Source: Candidatus Poseidoniaceae archaeon (GTDB lineage Archaea; Thermoplasmatota; Poseidoniia; Poseidoniales; Poseidoniaceae). From it: 64,000 nucleotides of DNA. The DNA is taken from contig CBFIJH010000010.1 of NCBI GenBank assembly GCA_965662895.1, positions 4,563-68,562 of the forward strand, read 5' to 3'. Position numbers and translations under genes: made by a program. Shown here piece after piece: positions 17,690-26,988 of the stretch. Position 1 is the stretch's first letter, and each line of letters opens with the position of its first letter. The notes under the pieces were generated by a model. The model was given only the letters and a program-made list of their open reading frames with translations. It was not told the DNA's origin and did not search any database.

Positions 17690-20600
17690 TTGACCTCGGA
17701 TGTCTTGCCGATTCAAATGCCGGCACCACAGAGGAAACCCCAGCAAATGGTCTCAATAGCAAACGACGCTATTTTTGCCAGTGAAGAGGAAGAAATACCG
17801 TTCAAGCCCGTCATCGTCCGGGCTCCAGGCGATACGAAAGGCGATTCACTCGAACGATTTACTGAAATCATCATGTTTGGCGTTGCAATGCTTGCAATAT
17901 GGACAGGACTTTTGGGAATCGCATTCAGTGAGAATGTGGGTGAAGAAAAATTCATGATTCTCTTCATTGGAGGTTTTGCCTCCTCCGCTATTGCTCTGTT
18001 TATGGTCGAGTTGCAAGCAAAGAAGAACGAGTATCGACTCATGATTTCTCAAAATTATCTCTTGGGTGTTTCGTTCTTCTTTATGGCAGTTGGAACACTT
18101 TGGGGCCTTCGATTCTTGGGAGGATATTTTACCCTACAAGGGTTTGAATTCGATGGAAGTGAATTTACCTTCCTCGGTGATGTTGGTTTCGATGATGCAG
18201 AAAACGAGATGTTCCTTGCCGGCCCGAATATGATTTACGTTCAGGCACTGGGAGCTGCGGCGATGTGGTTCGTGCATCGACGAATCCTTGATCGATACAA
18301 AGGTGACACGTCTTTTGGTTGGGCAGTGGCAAGTTACATCCCACTCGGATTGTTGCTCGTTGGTGTTGGCACTTGGATTGATTGGGCCAATAACGAAGTT
18401 TCCTACCCGCTTGGGATATCGATTGTCGGTTTGTGCGGTCTTGCGATGTACAGCGCATTGATGTCGAATAAATCCATCAATTTCGCAGTCGTTAGCGTCG
18501 TTTCAGGATTTATTCCCATCCTCTATGAAATCCTCAACGAAAACGCACCTCCTGGCGGCGAAGGTGGCGCAGTTTCGCTGCTTGTTTTCATTATCATCAT
18601 TCAAGGATATCTTGCAGGAAATGAACGTTTGAAGCAAACACTGGCTGAGAAAATGTCCTTCTTCATGATTGGAGCTGTTGTCATTGCAATGCTCATCGCG
18701 AGCATTCAAAATTGGAATCTTATCCTTGGCCCATTCAAACCAAACGAACTTGGAAGCGATGGTTTGGCGTCGTTGGTCACCCTCCCGGTTGCGCTTTGGA
18801 TTACCGTCTTGTGCGCCTATTTCCCCGCAACGCACAGAAACAGGGTTCCTGCAATGCCAATTGGACTGGCGTTCTCGTTGTGGACACTCAATGGCGATGA
18901 AGCAATTCTTCCTTGGGTCATCTCCATGGTTATGATATCGTACATGCTCTTTTTTGCCGAAGCAACCCGAAAATGGGTTGCAAACTTTACCATGTCTGCT
19001 CTGGCCTTCTCTTACCTTTTCAGCGACCAGATCGGATACGGTGTTGACCAAGTCGAGATGGATGCTGCGATTGCAATAGGCATCGTCATTATCGCCGAAA
19101 CGGCTCGGCGACTCGAAAAAGTATCAATTTGGAGCAGTGTACAAACCGTCACATTCATCGCACTCAGCAGCACAATTCTCGATTCGCCGTATTGGTTTGT
19201 TACCTGGCTGTTCGTGATTTACCTTCTCGGCATGGTCTACGAGTCAATGCTCAGGGCTCGAAAAGGAGACGATATGGAAAAGCGTAATGCCACGCTTGCA
19301 CTTCTCACGTCCCTGATTGTAAGCTCAGGACTGTTGTTGGCCAAGAAACTCGAAATTCCAGATGCGTACCAAATTGCTGGATTGAATGGCCTCTCTCTGG
19401 AATACCTGGTCCTCGGCGTGATTGTATATGCAATCTTCAACACTGTTCGCGATGTCGAAGTCGACATCGGTCGATTGTTATCGCTTCTTGAAACGAAGGC
19501 TTCAGGAGCATACACCTACGATTCTGAGACAAATGCATGGTACATCAAAGAGAAGCACGTCAAAGAAAAGGATGAAGTGGCAGCGACTGAAGAGGGTTCA
19601 TTCGGATCGATTGGCCGTATTTCACTTGCATTTTCGCTGTTGGCAGTAACAATTGGTATCAGCACACTCGATTCCTCCTTGCTGGAAGGTGACACATTCT
19701 ATCTCGTCGGGTTGTACATTATACCAATCGGTATCCTGTTTTGGGAAATCAATTCGATGGACGTCCTTTCCTCGCAAAGCCGGATGGTCGGGGCGTTTAT
19801 GTTGCTCATTGTTGCTGCCTCATCGATGCCAATGATGCTCCAAGTTGATCCCTCAGATGGGTTGTTTCGGGCAGGTATTTTGTATGACCTCATTTTCTTG
19901 TCAGCCCCGATTGGAGCCTTCGTCCTGATCAACAAACGAGGACTTGACAGAGATCATCTCAGCCGCCCCGCCGATCAGGTCATGCTTTGCGTCCTTTTGG
20001 TCATCGGAATGATGGACCAATCCGGCGGTTTACTCTTCCTCAGCATGTACGGTCTTGTTGCCTTAGTGGCGCTCCAATACCGACATCATGGCGTGACGAT
20101 GCTGGCACCAATAGCGACCATCTCGATGCATTGGCTAGGAGACCACGGCCTCGTATATTCTTTCTTGGATTCGTTCATTTTCTCAAATCCGGATCACATT
20201 TCAGAGATTCGAGTCCTTTGGTTTACGCGTGTTACTGGGATGCTTGTTGCTGCACACATGTTGATGCCAATGGCATGGAGCATTCTTGACCTTCAAAAGG
20301 ACGAATATGTGGAAAACCCATTCCCTTGGTTCTTACCCATGGTCTGGTTCTTGTTTGCAGTGTGGGCTGTTCTCCCAACTGCATCATGGTTGCCTCTCGT
20401 CGCATGTATCTTTGGCCTCCTGAACTCTTGGGTTCGTGGCGACATTAATCTTGTACCACTGCTGTCAGTTGGAATCATTTTCTCGTTCATGATTGGATTT
20501 ACAGATGGAGGATACTTCACTGGAGAAATCTTTGGCTATTCCATGCTCTTCTCTGGCATCATCATTTACCTGCTTTGGTTCGCGAATTCCCGTGGAATAA

Positions 20601-21718
20601 TGGAAATGAACGTCGTTGACAAAGCTCGATTGGATGCACTCATGCCTTACTCTCTCGATACGCAATTGCGTTTCCTTACGATTGCCACGCTTCTCCTTTC
20701 TTTCGATGTCGTCAACGGCATGGGTATGCTGGCAGGAAGCGGCTGGGCAACGTATGAAGCCATTCAGAAAGGCGACAAGATATCCATTCTCTTCCTACCA
20801 CTCATCGACGGTCTGACAGCTGCGAATCTGATCAATCAGTTTGAAATCGGCTCCGAGTCGATGCAGAGTTTCCTCATCGGTGGAATCTTCTTCATTGAAG
20901 GTGCTGTCATGATCTATCTCTCTTCGAGAACTGACAGCATCTATGATTCAGAGATCTTCGAATGGAAGGACGATGATGAATTCTTCAACTTCATTGAGTA
21001 CATGGGATTCTCGGGCGTTGCGTCGGCATTGACGGGTGTCATTTACGCCTTTGGAGAGGACCAAACAAACCTTGCATTCTTCCTTACAGCATTGATTCTT
21101 ACAGGACTCGCCATCACTGGTTTTGATAAATCACAAGCAGAAGTACGCTGGCGTCGAGGACTCGGCGTGTTTGGTTCAGTCCTCACATTGTTCATGCTGT
21201 TTTTGAGATTGGATGAGAACTCCGATGATGTATTGTTCAAGTACCTCACACTTGTTATCATCGGCTTGCTTGCGCTTGGATATGGTTTCCTTTACATGCA
21301 GCGAAGGTCAACTTACGACGTGCGAGATGTTGCCATTCCACAAGTCTTTGGTAATGTTGTTCCGAAAGCTCAACGCCAATCCTCTCCAAAACAGTCGAAA
21401 GATGAGGAAGAAGAGGTTGTTGAAGAGGAAGAAGAGGTTGTTGAAGAAGAAAACAACATGACTGTTGAAGAAAAGGAAATCCTCGAATTGGATGAAGCAT
21501 TCGAAGACGAATTGGATGAAATTATCGAGCCAATTGGTAATGCAACCACGGAAAACATTGGTTACATCGAGACCATGGAAGGATTCGATGTCCGTCTACC
21601 AAAGGAATCGATCGAACAAATCACTCGAACCATTGCAATGACACCTCATGAAGGGTTCAAACCGGTTGTTCGAGTCAACATGCTCGGACAAATCGTTCTC
21701 GACTTTGAACCAATTTGA
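17690..21718 (+). CDS. giant polytopic integral membrane protein (~1340 aa, >30 predicted TM helices) with acidic C-terminal soluble region; unknown function
   Basis: It is a single uninterrupted ORF. The track start is TTG at 17690, and the first ATG is at 17717. Hydrophobic helices occur throughout. The C-terminus carries EEEEVVEEEEEVVEEE followed by a ~100-aa soluble segment. Confidence 0.7.
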   Translation: MTSDVLPIQMPAPQRKPQQMVSIANDAIFASEEEEIPFKPVIVRAPGDTKGDSLERFTEIIMFGVAMLAIWTGLLGIAFSENVGEEKFMILFIGGFASSAIALFMVELQAKKNEYRLMISQNYLLGVSFFFMAVGTLWGLRFLGGYFTLQGFEFDGSEFTFLGDVGFDDAENEMFLAGPNMIYVQALGAAAMWFVHRRILDRYKGDTSFGWAVASYIPLGLLLVGVGTWIDWANNEVSYPLGISIVGLCGLAMYSALMSNKSINFAVVSVVSGFIPILYEILNENAPPGGEGGAVSLLVFIIIIQGYLAGNERLKQTLAEKMSFFMIGAVVIAMLIASIQNWNLILGPFKPNELGSDGLASLVTLPVALWITVLCAYFPATHRNRVPAMPIGLAFSLWTLNGDEAILPWVISMVMISYMLFFAEATRKWVANFTMSALAFSYLFSDQIGYGVDQVEMDAAIAIGIVIIAETARRLEKVSIWSSVQTVTFIALSSTILDSPYWFVTWLFVIYLLGMVYESMLRARKGDDMEKRNATLALLTSLIVSSGLLLAKKLEIPDAYQIAGLNGLSLEYLVLGVIVYAIFNTVRDVEVDIGRLLSLLETKASGAYTYDSETNAWYIKEKHVKEKDEVAATEEGSFGSIGRISLAFSLLAVTIGISTLDSSLLEGDTFYLVGLYIIPIGILFWEINSMDVLSSQSRMVGAFMLLIVAASSMPMMLQVDPSDGLFRAGILYDLIFLSAPIGAFVLINKRGLDRDHLSRPADQVMLCVLLVIGMMDQSGGLLFLSMYGLVALVALQYRHHGVTMLAPIATISMHWLGDHGLVYSFLDSFIFSNPDHISEIRVLWFTRVTGMLVAAHMLMPMAWSILDLQKDEYVENPFPWFLPMVWFLFAVWAVLPTASWLPLVACIFGLLNSWVRGDINLVPLLSVGIIFSFMIGFTDGGYFTGEIFGYSMLFSGIIIYLLWFANSRGIMEMNVVDKARLDALMPYSLDTQLRFLTIATLLLSFDVVNGMGMLAGSGWATYEAIQKGDKISILFLPLIDGLTAANLINQFEIGSESMQSFLIGGIFFIEGAVMIYLSSRTDSIYDSEIFEWKDDDEFFNFIEYMGFSGVASALTGVIYAFGEDQTNLAFFLTALILTGLAITGFDKSQAEVRWRRGLGVFGSVLTLFMLFLRLDENSDDVLFKYLTLVIIGLLALGYGFLYMQRRSTYDVRDVAIPQVFGNVVPKAQRQSSPKQSKDEEEEVVEEEEEVVEEENNMTVEEKEILELDEAFEDELDEIIEPIGNATTENIGYIETMEGFDVRLPKESIEQITRTIAMTPHEGFKPVVRVNMLGQIVLDFEPI
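21407..21448 (+). repeat. 2 x 21-nt tandem repeat (gaagaagaggttgttgaagag) encoding EEEVVEE units
   Basis: Direct tandem duplication in the acidic tail of the giant membrane protein. Confidence 0.8.
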
Positions 21719-23095
21719 TTATTCATCCTTGAAGATTGCAATGCGATCTGAGACAAGAGTCTCAACGGTTGCAGTAGGGTAGAGACCCCAGTAGGCTTCA
21801 CGGGCTTCTTGATTGATGTTCATGCAAAGAACAACATCACCGGGCCGGTCATCCATCGCTTGTGTTCCGTTAAGATGCATGAGCATTGGTTCAATGTTGG
21901 ACATGTTGACAACACCCCAACCCACCTGAGTGCATGGAGCAACAGGTGAAACTGGCGTGGTTCCAGACAGGGGATCCCACGTTGCAAACGAAGGATACCA
22001 TGCAGACAAATTCAATGCATTACGAACCTCTGCGTTTCGAATGGTGAAGGATTCACCATCACTCGTCGTTCCGTTAACGAGATAACCGCCTCGTTCTGTC
22101 GAAGCACCAGAACTGACATCATTGAATTCTTCTCGAAGTTCTTGAAGAATGAAGGAGAGAATACCAGCGGTTCGAGGCGTTGCAAAGGACGTCCCTGACG
22201 TCTCGTGGTAACCGTCTGTATCGTCATGATTTGGCAACACTTGTGTCCAATCGGCTGCAATATCTGGATAGGAACCACTCATGGTCTCTTTCTGGTCGTC
22301 GCCTTCCTCAGCGTATCCTGCAATACCAATGGACCATGGTGGACCCGCAGTTGCATCTTGAACGGCCGGTGAAGGTGTGTTATCAGCGGCACCAGTGTGA
22401 ATCTTGTTGTTGCCCACAACTGCTTCGTATGTCCCTGTCTCAATTCCTGGTACTGGAAGCGAACCAATCGCACCAAACGACGTGGAAATGATGTCAACAA
22501 GGGGTTGATTCGAAGCGGCCAGAACGGCTTCGGTTGAGAAACCTTCAACAAAGAAAATGACTGCATCTGGGTTTGCGTCCAAAACTGCACCCGTAACCGC
22601 CGTTCCGTGTCCATCTGAAGGGTCGTCAAGAATGTGGATATCCGTGCCTCCATCAGGCGATGTTCCAATGATTTTCGTTCCGTAAAAGTACACAATATCG
22701 GATGTCGTGATGTTATCCCAACAGTATTCTTTATCGGCTTGATATCGCTCTTCCCATGAACCTTCGAGCGTGATGTAGCACGTTTTGGTCACACCAAGCG
22801 ATTCAAGCAACCAGTTTGGATAGACCTCGTCGGTACGGAAATGATCGTGATAAACGTTGATACCCGTATCAACAGGTGCTACAACAGAGTAGTGCCTCCA
22901 ATCCGTATCTAAGTTAGCCTCTCCACTTCTGCTTTGGGTTTCATCCGCATCATCCCATGTCATTTGCCAGTAAACCAATGAGCCCGCAAGACCGAGAAGA
23001 ATGACAACGAGTAACGTACGTATTTTAGCAAAGAAAACCCAGAAGTCAAACACTTCAACACCGACATCAAGTAGGACATCAGCAGCATCGACCAT
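21719..23095 (-). CDS. divergent subtilase-like serine peptidase (S8 family) with N-terminal TM anchor
   Basis: The triad-like motifs are present (VAPVDTGINVYHDH, DGHGTAVTG, GTSFATPRTAG). There is an N-terminal hydrophobic anchor. It is convergent and abutting (0-nt gap) with the giant membrane protein gene. Confidence 0.7.
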   Translation of the reverse strand: MVDAADVLLDVGVEVFDFWVFFAKIRTLLVVILLGLAGSLVYWQMTWDDADETQSRSGEANLDTDWRHYSVVAPVDTGINVYHDHFRTDEVYPNWLLESLGVTKTCYITLEGSWEERYQADKEYCWDNITTSDIVYFYGTKIIGTSPDGGTDIHILDDPSDGHGTAVTGAVLDANPDAVIFFVEGFSTEAVLAASNQPLVDIISTSFGAIGSLPVPGIETGTYEAVVGNNKIHTGAADNTPSPAVQDATAGPPWSIGIAGYAEEGDDQKETMSGSYPDIAADWTQVLPNHDDTDGYHETSGTSFATPRTAGILSFILQELREEFNDVSSGASTERGGYLVNGTTSDGESFTIRNAEVRNALNLSAWYPSFATWDPLSGTTPVSPVAPCTQVGWGVVNMSNIEPMLMHLNGTQAMDDRPGDVVLCMNINQEAREAYWGLYPTATVETLVSDRIAIFKDE

Positions 23096-23165
23096 GCCAA
23101 AGCCTGTGACATCACCATCAAGAAGCCTACGCCGACTTCAAGAACCGAATTCTCTTCGCAAAAGC

Positions 23166-23714
23166 ATGGACGACCCCAACAAACGAATGGTATGGATTGA
23201 CCTTGAAATGACTGGTTTGGATTTGGAACGTGAAAGCATTATTGAAATTGCGACAATCATTACCGATTCTGAACTCAACATCATTGTAGAAGGACCAAAT
23301 CTTGCGATTTCAGTGTCTGAGGAACTCATTGAAGGGATGGATGAGTGGAATACGCGACATCATTTTGGAAGTGGATTAATCGATCGAGTTCGGAACAATT
23401 CCGTCAGTTTGGAAGAGGCTGAGCGCCAAACACTTGAGTTCATCCAGCAATATGTTCCAAGAAGAACCGCACCACTTTGTGGCAACTCAGTATGGAACGA
23501 CCGCCAATTTCTCGCTAAAGAGATGCCCAAGGTAGCGGATTACTTGCATTATCGCATGGTTGATGTCTCAACCATCAAGGAACTGGCTCGACGTTGGTAT
23601 CCAGAGCTACCCAAGTTTGAGAAAAAAGGGGCGCATCTTGCTCTCGATGATATCCGAGAATCTGTGTTTGAACTCGTTCACTTCCGAGAACATCTGTTCA
23701 TCGACCGTCCGTGA
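23166..23714 (+). CDS. orn: oligoribonuclease (DEDDh 3'-5' exonuclease)
   Basis: MVWIDLEMTGLD (Exo I motif with DxE), NSVWNDRQFL and the C-terminal H...D motifs are present. I moved the start to the ATG at 23166 to avoid overlap with the upstream convergent gene. The track ORF starts at 23001. Confidence 0.8.
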   Translation: MDDPNKRMVWIDLEMTGLDLERESIIEIATIITDSELNIIVEGPNLAISVSEELIEGMDEWNTRHHFGSGLIDRVRNNSVSLEEAERQTLEFIQQYVPRRTAPLCGNSVWNDRQFLAKEMPKVADYLHYRMVDVSTIKELARRWYPELPKFEKKGAHLALDDIRESVFELVHFREHLFIDRP

Positions 23715-24780
23715 CGAAATCTCTCCACCGACGCATGTAGTCAATAAACGTCGGGCTCAAATCGGCTTGTTGCAATTCCTTTGGCGTGAATGGTGGTCGA
23801 GAAGGACTGTATGTTGGATTGCTGACCATGGAAGCCCAATCCGGATGAGGCAGTGCAACTCGAGCAACGCCGACTGCTTGAGCCCCTTGATCGAGTACGA
23901 ACTGAGCATCTTCAGCAGTCCATACTGAACCCGTCGATACGATCGGAATGGATTCGGAATAGATGGAACAAAGTTCCTTCGTAATGGTTTGATTGTTGTC
24001 TTGTTTCTCAAAGACATCCCAGCACGAGATGTGGAGTGCATCGATCTTCTCCTTGATGAGCAGATCAATGACCTGCTTCGTATCTTCCATGGTGATTCCT
24101 ATTTCATCGGAAACTGGTGAAAGACGAACCATGATGGCAAATTCATCCCTAACAACATCCCGAATACCGCGAATAATGCGAAGAAGAAAGGTGCAACGTT
24201 GTTCAACATCGCCTCCAAATGCATCTTGGCGTCGATTGGTCTTTGAACCAAGGAATTGAGCGATAAGGTATCCATGAGCACCATGAAGTTCGACGCCATC
24301 AAATCCTGCTTCTTCACAACGTTTTGCTGCCTGGACAAAGGCGTTGATTGTCTCCTCAACCTCGCTCAATTCAAGGCTTCTCGAAAACCCCTCATGCTCA
24401 GAAATAAAATTCTCACTTGCGGAACAGGCTCGATGCCCAGTTATCGATGAAGGGGCACGCATTCCACCATGGAAGACTTGAACGAACGATTTGCATGGAT
24501 GTTCTTTCAACTGAGATGCAAGTAGAGTCAACCTTGGAAGATGGTGGTCGCTCCACACTCCGAACTCCCCTTCCCATCCTTGACCTGATTCTTGGACGTG
24601 CGATGCCGCCGTTGTAATGATGCCAAATCCTCCCTCAGCACGGCGTGTGAGGAAACGGATTTCTTCGTTTGAAAGTGTTCCATCAGCATGACTTTGTTTG
24701 TTGGTCATCGCAGCAAGAACACTACGATTAGGAATCATCAAACCGTTTCGCAGTTTCCATGATTCGTCCATTGCAACCAT
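23698..24780 (-). CDS. NADH:flavin oxidoreductase, Old Yellow Enzyme family
   Basis: TIM-barrel OYE motifs are present (VFHGGMRA, VELHGAHGYLIAQFLGSKTNRRQDAFGG). Confidence 0.8.
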   Translation of the reverse strand: MVAMDESWKLRNGLMIPNRSVLAAMTNKQSHADGTLSNEEIRFLTRRAEGGFGIITTAASHVQESGQGWEGEFGVWSDHHLPRLTLLASQLKEHPCKSFVQVFHGGMRAPSSITGHRACSASENFISEHEGFSRSLELSEVEETINAFVQAAKRCEEAGFDGVELHGAHGYLIAQFLGSKTNRRQDAFGGDVEQRCTFLLRIIRGIRDVVRDEFAIMVRLSPVSDEIGITMEDTKQVIDLLIKEKIDALHISCWDVFEKQDNNQTITKELCSIYSESIPIVSTGSVWTAEDAQFVLDQGAQAVGVARVALPHPDWASMVSNPTYSPSRPPFTPKELQQADLSPTFIDYMRRWRDFVTDGR

Positions 24781-24789
24781 ACAATGACC

Positions 24790-25659
24790 TCATTGGTCTC
24801 GCCAATTTGGAGCATGTACGTCGGCATCTTTGTGCATTGCCAATATTTCAGCAAGAACGGCAATGGCAATCTCTTCAGGCGATTCAGCACCAATGTTCAA
24901 TCCAATTGGGCATCGTACTTTGTCAAGCGTTGAGGATTGAATTCCAACTTCGATGCACGATTCCGTGAACGATTTCCACTTTGACCGACTACCGATAGCT
25001 CCAATGCGAGGAAAAGCCTTGCCATCGGGTGAAACGTCCGCAGCCTCTGCAAGTTGGAGTAGCCGTTGCAGTCGATCAAGATCTTCGGAGTAATCGTGCC
25101 CAAGCAAAAGAACATCTGAAAATCGCATCATTGATTCAACCGTTTCTCCTGAGAAAAATTCATCCACAGTTGAATGAGATCGTTCGATAGCCTCTGGATA
25201 GAGTTCACTCGTTGTGAACGGTTCACGAGTGTCTTGAACAGAGTAATTCCATCCCTTTTTTGGCAAGAGTTTGGTGATGGCTTCTGAGCAGTGTCCCCCT
25301 CCCATCAGTAGAATGTGTGGCATCGGTAGCATCAACTCAAGAGAAATGGTGACTTGTCCACCACAAAGTGAGTCGAGTGGTTGCACTTCATAGCCCTTCG
25401 CCCCTTTATTCAGACCAAAGGTGTGGACCTCAGATGTCGATTTTGATTGATGGATTAATTCTTTGCAGCGAGTGAGAATTCGATGTTCCAAACCGGCCCC
25501 TCCCACAGTTCCTACCCAGTTCTCGGACCGATTCATGGCCAAGCGTGCTCCAGATTTCCCAGGCACACTTCCTTTGGTCGCAACAACGGTAGCGAGAACA
25601 ACGGGCGAATTGTTTTGCAGTTGTTCCAACATCCATGCTAGAACCCTCGCCGTCATGGT
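24790..25659 (-). CDS. XdhC/CoxI-family molybdenum-cofactor insertion chaperone
   Basis: An XdhC_CoxI N-terminal region is followed by a Rossmann-like XdhC C-terminus (LLMGGGHCSEAI...IGAIGSRSK). Confidence 0.7.
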   Translation of the reverse strand, partial: TMTARVLAWMLEQLQNNSPVVLATVVATKGSVPGKSGARLAMNRSENWVGTVGGAGLEHRILTRCKELIHQSKSTSEVHTFGLNKGAKGYEVQPLDSLCGGQVTISLELMLPMPHILLMGGGHCSEAITKLLPKKGWNYSVQDTREPFTTSELYPEAIERSHSTVDEFFSGETVESMMRFSDVLLLGHDYSEDLDRLQRLLQLAEAADVSPDGKAFPRIGAIGSRSKWKSFTESCIEVGIQSSTLDKVRCPIGLNIGAESPEEIAIAVLAEILAMHKDADVHAPNWRDQ

Positions 25660-25692
25660 AGCGCCTCCATGAACACACACATACGATTTGCG

Positions 25693-26277
25693 CTAGAACC
25701 AATCTTCCTCTGATGCGGCGAGAAGGGCCGTCAAGTCAGGCTCAGTGTCGATGTTGAGGTGAAGCCACTTGAACTCGACAAGTAGAGGCTCTCTTCGGAC
25801 CAAAGAGGAGAGTGGGGCATCACGTTCAGCCAGATAAACGGTATTGATGTCCTCTCCTACAAGAACAAGTGGATGGCCGCCGCGTTGGTTCCATACTGGA
25901 CAAGCGCTGATGTCCGACTTCAACAGGTCTTGAACTAGTTCAATACTCCAACCTGGTCGATCTACAGGTGCGATGAGCACCTTTCGGGGCAATCGGCCAT
26001 TTCGCTCGAGAATGCTTGCAAGTCCGCATTGAATCGACCCTGTTCGACCTTTTTCAGGGTCAGGGTTCAGAACAACTTGAGCAGAGGGACATTGAAGCAC
26101 AATGTCTGCAAGAAGGTCGGTGTTGGTCACGATTGTCACCTCAACATACTTCAGACGAAGCAATCTGCTCACAAGTCGTTGAATCAAGGACTGGCCATGG
26201 ACATCGACAAGAGCCTTTGGTTGACCGAGACGAGAAGAGCGACCAGCCGCTATGAGAATCACATCGATGGCGCCCAT
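25693..26277 (-). CDS. molybdenum cofactor cytidylyltransferase / MobA-like NTP-transferase (MocA)
   Basis: IDVILIAAGRSSRLGQPKAL is the MobA-like nucleotide-binding N-terminus. I placed the start at the internal Met to avoid a non-conserved N-extension. Confidence 0.7.
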   Translation of the reverse strand: MGAIDVILIAAGRSSRLGQPKALVDVHGQSLIQRLVSRLLRLKYVEVTIVTNTDLLADIVLQCPSAQVVLNPDPEKGRTGSIQCGLASILERNGRLPRKVLIAPVDRPGWSIELVQDLLKSDISACPVWNQRGGHPLVLVGEDINTVYLAERDAPLSSLVRREPLLVEFKWLHLNIDTEPDLTALLAASEEDWF

Positions 26278-26343
26278 GTTCCAACGATGAACGGAACGAT
26301 GTTGACAATTTCGGTTCATATACCGTGGGTATGAGATGGAATT

Positions 26344-26988
26344 GTGCTTCAAGACATCGAACCTACTCCACATGAGAAATCTCTGCGGTTTCTTCGCGAT
26401 GTTTGCGCAATGGATGGCATTGAGTTAACCGAATCAGAATCGACTCCAAGCATCACGGTTCGAGTGAGAGGACGTTCAAGACGTCATTATGAGATTTTAG
26501 CCTCACGTCAAGTCGGAATCCTCGTCGATGAACCGTGGACGACGGAAATCACAGCTGCAGCATGGAAAAGTGACTTGATGTCGGAGCAGTCGCGTGCTTA
26601 CACGGCAAAGCTGTGTCTGAATATCCATCGCGAAAAGGAGCATCTCCCATTAGGGGATCAACTCGCTGCCCTCGCACTTAGCCTCCATAACGACATTCAA
26701 TTGGCAATGGACATTGCACTCGTCGCTCAGTTTATTGTTTGCCCAAGGGACGAACTCCTGAATGTCCATATCTTTCAAGATGAAATGGTTGTGACTGAAG
26801 AAATGATTGAAAATGGTGGTCCAAGTATTGATGTGAGTTTTGATGAAGGATTCGAATACGAGGATTTTTTCCAACACCTTTGCCCAGTCCATGAGCCTGA
26901 ACATCTTGACCTTGAATTGGGCAGCAGTAATTGGGCTCAAGACTTGGAAGATGATCTTATGCAGCGTTACGAACGAATGAACATCTAA
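26344..26988 (+). CDS. hypothetical acidic protein
   Basis: A 214-aa ORF fills an otherwise empty interval. I recognise no motifs. The start could be the downstream Met (MDGIEL). Confidence 0.35.
   Translation: MLQDIEPTPHEKSLRFLRDVCAMDGIELTESESTPSITVRVRGRSRRHYEILASRQVGILVDEPWTTEITAAAWKSDLMSEQSRAYTAKLCLNIHREKEHLPLGDQLAALALSLHNDIQLAMDIALVAQFIVCPRDELLNVHIFQDEMVVTEEMIENGGPSIDVSFDEGFEYEDFFQHLCPVHEPEHLDLELGSSNWAQDLEDDLMQRYERMNI

Noticed and set aside
23001-23165. N-terminal 55-aa Ser/Thr/Pro-rich extension of the Orn ORF
   Set aside because: It overlaps the 5' end of the convergent subtilase gene. The conserved Orn domain begins at the internal Met at 23166.
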